A stretch of DNA of 64,000 bases, from contig OZ076409.1 of the NCBI GenBank assembly GCA_964187785.1, positions 23,252,001 to 23,316,000 on the forward strand, written 5' to 3'. The notes under the pieces are model-generated. The model was given only the letters and a program-made list of their open reading frames with translations, was not told the origin of the DNA and searched no databases. Position 1 is the stretch's first letter. The number at the start of each line of letters is the position of its first letter. Shown in pieces: positions 31,080 to 42,100 of the stretch. Position numbers and translations under genes: made by a program. The DNA is from Amphiscolops sp. MND2022. Its lineage: Eukaryota.

Positions 31080-31656
31080 AGGAGTCCTCTGGACCCTCAA
31101 GACTGTTAGAACACAATTGAGCATAAAGGACCCTATCATCAATGTACTAATGCTAATTCTTGATTTTAGTTGTGCTACACCATCTTGCTGGTGCTGAAAA
31201 CTTTCAGTGCAATAAACCTTAATTCCTGAGTTTTGTTTGATGTATATTATACTTTGCTACCATTGTAACAATGCAATATAGTTACATCCTCTGGGTGGGT
31301 CCCGGTTCGGTGCCCTCCCGTTTTGATTTGAATTGGAAACTTCTACCAAGCCCAAAAGTTGTTGTTACTCACCTGGCCGCGCAGGGGCCCTATTTTAGAA
31401 AAAGAAATTTTAACTTGAACTGAGGAGTTAGTGAAAAAACCTTTTTAAAGAAAAAATCCGACTGTATAGTTTTTAACTTAAAAATCTGTGCTTTTTGAAT
31501 TCGATGGCTTTAAGGTGCTAGACATGCAGTAGTAAGGCGAAAAGAAAAATAATGTGGAATCAACGTAGCTTTGACATAAGACCTTTTCTGTGGACCTCAG
31601 AGTACCCTTTGGGTGCGAGCATCCTCTCGTTTGCCGGGGACGACAAACTACGGCCC

Positions 31657-31664
31657 GGGGAGGA
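31657..31664 (+). promoter_or_regulatory. Polypurine tract GGGGAGGA
   Basis: Purine run immediately 5' of the 3' LTR TG. Confidence 0.8.
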
Positions 31665-32372
31665 TGTAACGTCCACCAGTCAATACCAAGTTTTCGTTGA
31701 AAAATTCGATCAAGAACCAAAAAAGGTGCGAATCAAAATGGCCGACCTGACAGGTCCTTAAAGCCCATAAAATGAAAGAGAGAACGCGTGAACGAGAAGA
31801 ATGACAGGAGAAGAAAAAGAAGTAGACGACTGACGACATGAAGATCCATGGGATAGAATTCAAAGAACGCTACCCGGTGCTATGTCCTCCCTGGGAAAGC
31901 AGAGCCATTCCAGAACTACATGATTGGATCCCCGAGAACCTACAAACAGTAACTCTATTTCCACTCGGGGCCTATCCCCCTTTATTTTGTTGACCTATGT
32001 TAATGTACTTTGCTGTTTTTCCCGTGCCTGACCTTCTAGGTCGGCATTTCATGCCCATAACTGTTGAAATGACATTTTTCGGATAAACACCTTTTTGGAC
32101 CTCGGAAGTATGTGGGAGATAGCAGGAACACGCTAAAACCTTAGGATACGTTTTTACAGGCTTGTGGGGCGTGTCCGGACTTTGAGAGTGCCGGCGCGTC
32201 GCCTCGGAGCTCTAATTAGAGGAGTCTCCTTAGACGTTAGAAAAGTCCCCCATGGAGACCATTTTGGGATCAAAAACTAGTGTCTAGGTATGTAGTAAGA
32301 CAACGGTCTCCTGTTTAAGCATCCTAGGCATTGTCCCTCTTCCTAGATGTGCGCCGCTAGCCGGACGTTACA
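31665..32372 (+). repeat. 3' LTR (708 bp)
   Basis: Same length and sequence as 13592-14299. Confidence 0.97.
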
Positions 32373-32401
32373 GTATTTTAGTGTTTTTATCAAAGAATCT
32401 A

Positions 32402-32470
32402 CCGATTCTGGGAATCGAACTCGATACCTTATGGTTTGAAAGCTAGCGCACTAACCGTTTGCCCAAACTG
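32402..32470 (-). other. tRNA-derived sequence (SINE-head-like or tRNA pseudogene)
   Basis: Minus strand reads GTTTGGGCAAACGGTTAG (A-box-like)...GAGTTCGATTCCC (B-box/T-loop) at tRNA spacing; anticodon and acceptor stems do not pair. Confidence 0.5.
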
Positions 32471-33019
32471 TCTTATTATTAAACTGTCTGAATTTAATCT
32501 TATTCTTATTTGCTTTGCAACACTCAGGGAAATACAAAACAAAAACTCAATACACATACCGGCCACAATACCAGTAGACAGACAGAACTAAATGAAATCA
32601 TAAGCAACGAACTATAATCCAGCAGACATAAAAGATCTGATACTACTGCATAAACTCTAGAACCAATAAATCTGATCTGAATAAGATATAAAACCACTGG
32701 AAAAAGAACTAAAAGCACTGGAATCAGACCCAAAACCACTGGAATAAAATCTGCGGACAAGGGAACAAGATCTGAAAGCACTAGGAATAACTAAAAACAC
32801 TGAATTATGATATAGAGCTGACATTTTATAATACTAAGAGATCAATTTTTGGGTGATCACTATGAGAAGTCCCAGAGCAGTTCCTGGAGGAACCAAATCA
32901 TTTTATAAAGACGAGGGATGAGCAAGCTTGGCTTTGAACGTTATTGCTGCTTTGCATTTAGACTTTGTTTTTCAGACAATATTCATACTCAGCGAGAATA
33001 CCCCCAGATGATGAAAATT

Positions 33020-33300
33020 TCATGCATAGAAGTAACATGGTCCATGCATAGTCCATTTTGATTCCATGCATGGTCATCTAACTTGGCCTTTTCATTTTCT
33101 GCATTTGATGCCCGAGACAGCAACTGAACTGAATTTGGAATGAACTGCCCTTCAATCGAATGTTTGACTTGAGAAAATTTTTTCCTGTTTTAGTTTTTTG
33201 TTTTTTGATATATTTTTTCTCGAAAAACCGATTCCATGCATGGAACATGCATGGCAGGCATGAACTTGGCATGATCATGCATGGAAATGCATGGGACGTC
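33020..33300. repeat. Cluster of CATGCATG palindromic motifs, possible small MITE
   Basis: Repeated (C)CATGCATG(G) at ~33021-33078 and ~33234-33295, partly inverted; ends and TSD unresolved. Confidence 0.35.
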
Positions 33301-33438
33301 AACACGTAAATGTTGATGTGTAGCGAGTGCTGTCGGGGGCTGTTGAAACCGTGTTTCGTCACTTTGAATTTTGCACTGCTGGAAGCATTTACTGAATCAC
33401 TCCTTGATTTGTGAGTGAGTACTCTGTTTGTATTTCAG

Positions 33439-33592
33439 CTGCTACCGACTGGCACGCAGAGTGTTTCGTGGAATACTACTTCGGAGCCCCCTGTTCGTAC
33501 ATCGGGGAGAGGATAGGTGCCCAGTTCATCCTGTGGGACGAGAACTCCAAATGTGGGCCGGGGGTTCGCTGCAACTACCACCTGATATACCA
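33439..33592 (+). CDS. Host gene internal exon; uncharacterised Cys-rich secreted/membrane-anchored protein family
   Basis: Acceptor TGTATTTCAG, donor GTGAGT; reads ATDWHAECFVEYYFGAPC...WDENSKCGPGVRCNYHLIY; GC-richer than its flanks; joins in frame to 34052. Confidence 0.8.
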
Positions 33593-34051
33593 GTGAGTAA
33601 GCATCCATATTCCAAGTTGATCCATCGTCCCAGATGAATTCAAGTGGATGTTCATGAAAAAAAGACAATTTTGTTTTCAACTTTTTAGAAATGGTTGGCA
33701 AAAATAGTGGTTTTGGATTAAATAGTTTTGGATTCTGGACTGTAAAGAAACTTATTTCTTGGAAACCAAATGTTTTAGTGCCTTTTCGGATCAAAACTTC
33801 GAAACTCAAAGTGAGTAGATTACTCATTCGAGTGACTCATTGCATTTTTGCATTATATAGAACAAAATGCTCCAAAAAACCTGTTTTTTCTTTTTTTAAA
33901 GAACTAGGAACTGTATAATTGTTTTAAAAATATTGCAGTTGCTGTAAGTTTGAGATATATTGTATATCACATCAACTGTTAGTTGTTTTCCGCAATGATC
34001 ATTTAGATTTTGAATATTTGAGCGGTGGATAAAATTGGAAACTTTTTTTAG

Positions 34052-34242
34052 GAACAACGACATGATTTTCGGGACGCACTCGAGTGCCAACTTCCGACAC
34101 CAAAAGAACGTCACTTTCTGGTTCGCCCACGACAAGTACGATCGCCATGCTTGCAAGATGTATGGACACTCTCGGAGTAACAACCTCTTCACCATGTACG
34201 ACGCGGGATCCAACTATTGCGGGCTTCACAACATTGTTAAAG
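34052..34242 (+). CDS. Host gene next exon (3' boundary uncertain)
   Basis: Acceptor TTTTTTAG; CA+G completes Gln; reads NNDMIFGTHSS...VTFWF...CKMYGHSRS...YDAGSNYCGLHNIVK. The D.G.NYC.L.N motif matches an uncharacterised family of aquatic-animal proteins as I recall it. Confidence 0.75.
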
Positions 34243-36547
34243 GCAGGAATCATCAGAATATATTCAACCATGCTGTAAAGTTCACTAACAACTACTTCAT
34301 TGATGAAAGCAATTTTGTCAATAGTAATAGGGTACAAATCGGGAAGAAGTTGGCGCCCGCTCGAGTCTCGAAAGGAGCTCAGTTTTTGAATAGCTCAGGC
34401 GTTGATTCAGAGATAGCACTGGGAAATTTCAGAGGCACAAAAATATATAAAAACGAAGCCCTTTAAGATCAGGAAAACAAACTGTTATCAAAATCGGGAC
34501 CCTTTGGTGAATGAGGAAAACTCGAAAAAAGTCAAATATGTACGCAGAAGAGCCAAAGCGTCTCGTCCGGCTTTGTAATGTACGTGAAATTGTGGGAAAA
34601 AGTTCGGTAGAGATCAGTGCAGCTACATCAACTTTAGAAACTTTAGCATGTCATCTCTAAGAGAAAAAATCTGGAAGCAAACGGTATCACATTTTCTGTC
34701 AAGTTCAACTAATAATTTTGAAGAGAATCAAAAGTTTCTAATTGTCTGATATGTTATGTTTTGTTTGAAAAACTGATTTCTGGCCATCTGTGCTTGAAGG
34801 GGCGAAACTGTTAGATGGACACATCTCGTCAGACGAAAGCTCCAGTAACGCTGATTGCTCGTATTATGTCGAGTCAAATTGCGAAAGAGCCGATTTGTAA
34901 GAAGCCGATCTAGGCAACGAAAGAAAGACATTGCGCCCCATGACGAAAGCAAAGGCAGAAACTAAGAATAGATGATAGCAGGAAAAACGAATGCAGAGTG
35001 TGTGGAGGCCTAAAAAGATTACATGATTCGAAGAAAATCTGATTTGCAGTGATTGATGTATATGATACTTTGAACGTCAGCTGAAATTTTATAAATTATG
35101 CAACTAATTTTAATGGAAAATGTTCAATCATCATAATGACTCAAATGGCGATGACTAAATATGATTCTCCGATGTGATCCCAACACGCATGTCCCAAGTA
35201 GTCCTATAGGTTATACTGTTCATTCGAAAGTTTGACCTTTTCCAATTTTAATTATTTAAATTTAACAGTTCTTTAAAGCACTTCGAATTAACTGAGACAC
35301 CTGTTTTTTAGCCTTGTTTCCGTGAAACTTGTAGAACCTTTTTTGGCTACGGGGGTATGTCTGATAATTGCATTGGATGCAATGAATCGCTGATCAGTTT
35401 GTGAACCAATCAACTCATTAGTGCGATTTTTGTCTAGATTTAACATTTCTGCGATGTTTTATTAAAGGCAAATTTTGCTTTCATTGAATACAAATAAAAA
35501 TTGTGTGGCGGACGTTTTGAATAGGAAATAAAATTGTTACTAGTAAAAATTGAACGAGCTGTCATACTTGATGTTTCGAAATATTCATTCGTACTGTCAT
35601 ACTTGTGACCTCAATTTTACTCATAATTTGTTTCAAAATGGTTGTTGGGCCTGCTGCCTAGCTTTATAATCGGAAGAAAGAAGATACGAGTTTCACTGCA
35701 ACTGCATTTCAAAGACAATATGGTGGAAAAGAAACTCGGTTAAACTTGAACAAGATCTGGGTTGTTTACTAACAACTTTTAACTGGTGCTAAACAATTGG
35801 TTCTAAAAGCTTTGGCTCCATCACAATGGGTTCAGTGAAATAATTTACGACGTAACTTTATGATGGATGGCCCATAATGATCAGTAGGTAGAACTTGAAA
35901 TTCATTAGGTGAATGTAGGTAAAAACCAATACTTTGTATCGAGAAGAAAACACGAGATCAATTCACTTCATACTTCGCATCTGAATTGAATGTATTCAAG
36001 TGTTGGAAATGGAAATACAATTGCAACTGTAGGAAGATATTGAAACTCATTGAAAATTGCAACTGAGTAAGACCCCAACACTGAATTATCACGTTTTACC
36101 AGACTTCAACAATTGGGGAAACAATCTGTCCTGTTCAAGAGAGAGGTACTTTTATGGAACAACTTGGTCTCTAACTAAATTTAAAAGGTTTGAATCAAAC
36201 ATCAATCAAACAGTAGATGCAACCCAAATCTAAGAAATGCTGATAAAGTTCATTTTCTGGAGAGCATCATGCAAAGCAACAGTTGACAGGTACTTTAAAC
36301 TAAAATGATCGTTCACAGTACAACTCCGTATAACATTCCCCCCTCGCTGGGTTCTTCGACTTCAATCTTGTTAGGTTCCCCGTTGTGGGGATTGCATCCG
36401 TATCTGTTAGTGTAACAAAGGGTGCCCGACACTTACAAAGGCAAATTTTCTACGTAAGACCACAGACCTCACACTGAGAGGGCCATTTTTTTCAGACTTA
36501 ACGTGTAAGATCTAAAGGGCACCTAAGGAGCCCAATGGGGCTAAAGG

Positions 36548-38392
36548 AGGCATAGCGACAACTCATCAAGCGACAACTCATATCAAGCGACAACTCAAAT
36601 CGAAAAGGCGACAACTCATATCAAGCGACAACTCATATCAAGCGACAACTCATATCAAGCGACAACGCATATCAATTATGAAAAAGCGACAACTCATATC
36701 AATTTTGAATTGAAACAAACGATATCTAATGAAGTAATTAGAAAGAATAAAGGCAGTTTAAACTTCAAAATTGTTCGCTAGACCTTCTAGCAATGAGAGA
36801 ATGCGGTTGTTCTGATAATTGCTCAAGATGGTTTGTATAATTGCACGTGGGGGCTCGAACTAACTTGTGCACGATCTTTGACTTCTTGTTTGACTCTAAA
36901 AAAAGATGAAGACGCATGCTCAGAATAAAAACGCACGGCACTCTTTCGTTCTTTTTGGTACTACGGCATGAGTGTGACTCGTTTTAATGATGTCATCGCT
37001 AGTTTAGTCAGTCAATGCAACACTTTTGCATCCTGCCACATCACATCGCCAAGCATTACAGTGCACAGGCAAGCTATTCTGCTGCTTTTCGTGGAATCCG
37101 GGACACGAAAAGTGGGAAAAGTCGTGGAATCCAGGACAAAATTTCTCTTTGATGTTAAGCGTGTCTTGGATTCCACGACAGTGCTTGTCCTGGATTCCAC
37201 GCCAATACTGCTGCTATAATGACACTTTTGCCGCTGCTCTCTGATTGGTCCGCTGATTTTGAGTAATCATTTTTGGAAAGGTAGAAAAATTTAACATGAT
37301 TCAATTTTATATCAAAGGAAATTGTTTTGATTGACACGAAAAACCCAAGATGTACGAATAGAGATACTCGTGACTGGTACCAAAAATGAAGCATGTCATT
37401 AAAAAATGGCAGATTGTGATGATCTGGCAGTTTGTTCAGAACTGGTACTAAACTTCAAAAAATACGAATAGTTTGTGTGATATTGGTGTGTTTGTCTGTT
37501 TGTCTGAATCATTTTGAATTAATATACGAAAAGTAGTGCATAATATTATGTTTGTTCAGTCTTTCACTTGAATTTAATTAAAGAAGAGTTGCCGCGTATC
37601 GCGTCAAGCATAAAGTCGTGGAATCCAGGAAATTTATGATTTCTGCAATCTGATTGGTTCATTTTGCAAAACTTACGTTTTTGCGGAATCCGGGACACCG
37701 CTGCATGCCGACAGTGCGTACAGCTAAGCATTTTTTACTGGAATCCACGACGAAATCTGTGGAATCCGGGACAAATGACGTAATTTGCCAATTTTGCACG
37801 GTTAAAGGTATGGTCGTGGGATCCGAGATATTGAAAGCACAATGTTGCGCTTTGAGCACATAAGGCTTGCCTGTGCACTCTAATGAGAAGTCACTCCACT
37901 TTTGTTGACTCTATAGTAGTTGTAGTAAAACCCGTCGTGTTCCAGTTTCTCAACTCCGCGTTGAGACAAAACAAAATTCAGTAGCATTTTCAATTTGGAA
38001 TAGAAATTCAGTTCGATAGTTCGCAACGATTACTTTTTGGAAAGATAAAATAGGAATGGCTCCAGAAAAATGGCGCAGGCAATATGTGTACACCTCACTA
38101 ATTTTCTACCTGTTCGCGCAAATACCACTTCCGGATTTTGATACAGTTTGGTTAATTCAACGTTCATTTGGTGTATTAGTGTTAATAGCCACTAATGTGT
38201 GATCAAATTGACTGAGACGCTCTTTGAGCGATGAGTTGATTGATTGCAAATTAGCATCCATTAGCACCTGATATGAGTTTTCCATTTCAATATATGATAT
38301 GAGTTGTCGCTTGGTATGAGTTGTCGTTTTTTCAAATTGATATGAGTTGTCGCCTGATATGAGTTGTCGCTTGATATGAGTTGTCGCCGTAC
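36548..38392. mobile_element. Non-autonomous TIR DNA transposon (Mutator/foldback-like) with tandem-subrepeat arms
   Basis: Left arm ~8x (A)GCGACAACTCATATCA (36555-36701); right arm of inverse TGATATGAGTTGTCGC repeats (~38269-38387); GCTAAAGG on both sides (36540-36547, 38393-38400). Confidence 0.75.
37054..37885. mobile_element. MITE nested within the 36548-38392 element
   Basis: 21-bp TIR CATTACAGTGCACAGGCAAGC / GCTTGCCTGTGCACTCTAATG (1 mismatch); ~9 subterminal GTCGTGGAATCCRGGAC-like motifs; no clear TSD. Confidence 0.7.
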
Positions 38393-39147
38393 GCTAAAGG
38401 GTACTCCATATGAGTTTTTCATAATATTCACTGTGTCGTCGGACCTATTGATATTGTCTCCCCATAGCGACTGTTCCGTCACGGCGTGACTTCGGAAACT
38501 TTTTTATATTGCCATAGATCCCACGTTCCGATTTTGCATGTTTTCCGTTAGTACAATACGTTTCAAGGACGTAAAAGGTCCTTTGTTCAGTTTTGTTGGT
38601 GGTGTGTGACTTTCTTTCGAAATAAATTATCAAAAACAACCACAATTTTAATTTTTTGAGCTTTTCAGTCAGAGGAAAACTTTTTTTTAGCATAAAAGGC
38701 TCCTTCTGATGTTTTCGGTACCCTTATATTTGTGAGATTAAACTTTAAAAACTCAGCAAATTTTAGAAACATTGCGCTTTTTCAGCCCTCAGGCTCACCG
38801 GGGCGCCGACTTGGGACGTTATTGTCTTGTTGATGTCTACCATATCTACTAAACGTTCTTTTGGTATTATTGTCGCCCGAGGTCTTGTATTCGTCGGCCT
38901 ATAGTTGAATCGCGTAGTCGATTTCCGGATTTGTATGTATTAACAAAAACGGATGATTTCTCGGACGTGATGTAGACTTTAGAGGCCGAATCAAAGTTTC
39001 TTATTTTGGACAATTTTGGCTGCAAAAAATTTTAACCGAGTTTTTTATTATCGGAATTTTTCCATCTCCATTTTCTCCTGGGCCTTTATTTTTTCCATTT
39101 ACCATATATTTGGTTATTTCACCCTCGTTGCCGCAACCGACATTAGT

Positions 39148-42100
39148 CGTGGTTTTCAGTCTGTTTTCCGCTAATATATTTGAAAGTTCAGATTTTTTTT
39201 CGTGGTTTTCAGTCTGTTTTCCGCTGATATATTTGAAAATTCACATTTTTTTCGTGGTTTTCAGTCTGTTTTCCGCTGATATATTTGAAAGTTCAGATTT
39301 TTTTGTGATTTTCAGTCTGTTTTCCGCTGATATATTTGAAAGTTCAGATTTTTTTCGTGGTTTTCAGTCTGTTTTCCGCTGATATATATGAAAGTTCAGT
39401 TTTTTTGTGATTTTCAGTCTGTTTTCCTCTGATATATTTGAAAGTTCAGATTTTTTTCGTAGTTTTCAGTTTGTTTTCCGCTGATATATTTGAAAGTTCA
39501 GATTTTTTCGTGGTTTTCGGTCTAATATATTTGAAAATTAAGATTTGTTTTCGTGGTTTTCAGTCTGTTTTCCGCTGATATATTTGAAAGTTCAGATTTT
39601 TTTTGTAGTTTTCGGTCTGTTTTCCGCTGATGAGTTTGAAAGTTCAGATTTGTTTTGTGGTTTTCGGTTTAATATATATTTGAAAGTTCAGATTTGTTTT
39701 CGTGGTTTTCAATCTGTTTTCCGCTGATATATTTGAAAGTTCAGAATTTTTTCGTAGTTTTCAGTCTGTTTTCCGCTGATATATTTGAAAGTTCAGAATT
39801 TTTTTGTGGTTTTCGGTCTAATATATTTGAAACTTCAGATTTGTTTTCGTGGTTTTCAGTCTGTTTTCCGCTGATATATTTGAAAGTTCAGATTTTTTTC
39901 GTAGTTTTCAGTCTGTTTTCCGCTGATATATTTGAAAGTTCAGATTTGTTTTCGTGGTTTTCAGTCTGTTTTCCGCTGATATTTTTGAAAGTTCAGATTT
40001 CTTTCGTAGTTTTCAGTCTGTTTTCCGCTGATATATTTGAAAGTTCAGATTTTTTTTAGTAGTTTTTAGTCTGTTTTCCGCTGATATATTTGAAAGTTCA
40101 GATTTTTTTGTGATTTTCAGTCTGTGTTCCGCTGATGAATTTGAAAGTTCATATTTGTTTTGTGGTTTTCAGTTTGATATATTTGAAAGTTCAGATTTGT
40201 TTTCGTGGTTTTCAATCTGTTTCCGCTGATATATTTGACAGTTCAGATTTTTTTCGTAGTTTTCAGTCTGTTTTCTTCTGATATATTTGAAAGTTCAGAT
40301 TTTTTTGTGGTTTTCGGTCTATTATATTTGAAACTTCAGATTTGTTTTCGTGGTTTTCAGTCTGTTTTCCGCTGATTTATTTGAAAGTTCAGATTTGTTT
40401 TCGTGGTTTTCAGTCTGTTTTCCGCTGATATTTTTGAAAGTTCAGATTTCTTTCGTAGTTTTCAGTCTGTTTTCCGCTGATATATTTGAAAGTTCAGATT
40501 TTTTTTCGTGGTTTTCAGTCTGTTTTCCGCTGATATATTTGAAAATTCACATTTTTTTCGTGGTTTTCAGTCTGTTTTCCGCTGATATATTTGAAAGTTT
40601 AGATTTTTTTGTGATTTTCAGTCTGTTTTCCGCTGATATGTTTGAAAGTTCAGATTTTTTTCGTGGTTTTCAGTCTGTTTTCCGCTGATATATTTGAAAG
40701 TTTAGATTTTTTTGTGATTTTCAGTCTGTTTTCCGCTGATATATTTGAAAGTTCAGATTTTTTTCGTAGTTTTCAGTTTGTTTTCCGCTGATATATTTGA
40801 AAGTTCAGATTTTTTCCGTGGTTTTTGGTCTAATATATTTGAAAATTCAGATTTGTTTTCGTGGTTTTCAGTCTGTTTTCCGCTGATATACTTGAAAGTT
40901 CAGATTTTTTTTGTAGTTTTCAGTCTGTTTTCCGCTGATGAATTTGAAAGTTCAGATTTGTTTTGTGGTTTTCGGTCTAATATATTTGAAAGTTCAGATT
41001 TGTTTTCGTGGTTTTCAATATGTTTTCCGCTGATATATTTGAAAGTTCAGATTTGTTTTCGTGGTTTTCAGTCTGTTTTCCGCTGATATTTTTGAAAGTT
41101 CAGATTTCTTTCGTAGTTTTCAGTCTGTTTTCCGCTGATATATTTGAAAGTTCAGATTTTTTTTAGTAGTTTTTAGTCTGTTTTCCGCTGATATATTTGA
41201 AAGTTCAGATTTTTTTGTGATTTTCAGTCTGTGTTCCGCTGATGAATTTGAAAGTTCATATTTGTTTTGTGGTTTTCAGTTTAATATATTTGAAAGTTCA
41301 GATTTGTTTTCGTGGTTTTCAATCTGTTTCCGCTGATATATTTGACAGTTCAGATTTTTTTCGTAGTTTTCAGTCTGTTTTCTTCTGATATATTTGAAAG
41401 TTCAGATTTTTTTGTGGTTTTCGGTCTATTATATTTGAAACTTCAGATTTGTTTTCGTGGTTTTCAGTCTGTTTTCCGCTGATTTATTTGAAAGTTCAGA
41501 TTTGTTTTCGTGGTTTTCAGTCTGTTTTCCGCTGATATTTTTGAAAGTTCAGATTTCTTTCGTAGTTTTCAGTCTGTTTTCCGCTGATATATTTGAAAGT
41601 TCAGATTTTTTTCGTGGTTTTCAGTCTGTTTTCCGCTGATATATTTGAAAATTCACATTTTTTTTCGTGGTTTTCAGTCTGTTTTCCGCTGATATATTTG
41701 AAAGTTTAGATTTTTTTGTGATTTTCAGTCTGTTTTCCGCTGATATGTTTGAAAGTTCAGATTTTTTTCGTGGTTTTCAGTCTGTTTTCCGCTGATATAT
41801 TTGAAAGTTTAGATTTTTTTGTGATTTTCAGTCTGTTTTCCGCTGATATATTTGAAAGTTCAGATTTTTTTCGTAGTTTTCAGTTTGTTTTCCGCTGATA
41901 TATTTGAAAGTTCAGATTTTTTCCGTGGTTTTTGGTCTAATATATTTGAAAATTCAGATTTGTTTTCGTGGTTTTCAGTCTGTTTTCCGCTGATATACTT
42001 GAAAGTTCAGATTTTTTTTGTAGTTTTCAGTCTGTTTTCCGCTGATGAATTTGAAAGTTCAGATTTGTTTTGTGGTTTTCGGTCTAATATATTTGAAAGT

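Larger units (their letters stand above)
13592..32372 (+). mobile_element. Intact giant Ty3/Gypsy (Metaviridae) LTR retroelement, 18,781 bp, two large ORFs
   Basis: Two 708-bp LTRs with TG...CA ends and a 10-bp terminal IR (TGTAACGTCC/GGACGTTACA), PBS, PPT, PR-RT-RH-IN order, uninterrupted ORFs. Confidence 0.97.

Noticed and set aside
32402..32470. Functional tRNA with a UCA anticodon (Sec/opal suppressor)
   Set aside because: TCA sits at the anticodon position, but the anticodon and acceptor stems do not pair and there is no long variable arm.
33324..33410. Extra exon before 33439 via a 28-nt GTGAGT...CAG mini-intron
   Set aside because: Its one convincing open reading ends in phase 2, not the phase 1 required, and the intron would be implausibly short.
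34243..34466. Read-through C-terminus of the 34035-34466 ORF
   Set aside because: Loses family-like character and runs into a HINE-like repeat end (~34337); the true downstream exon was not identified.
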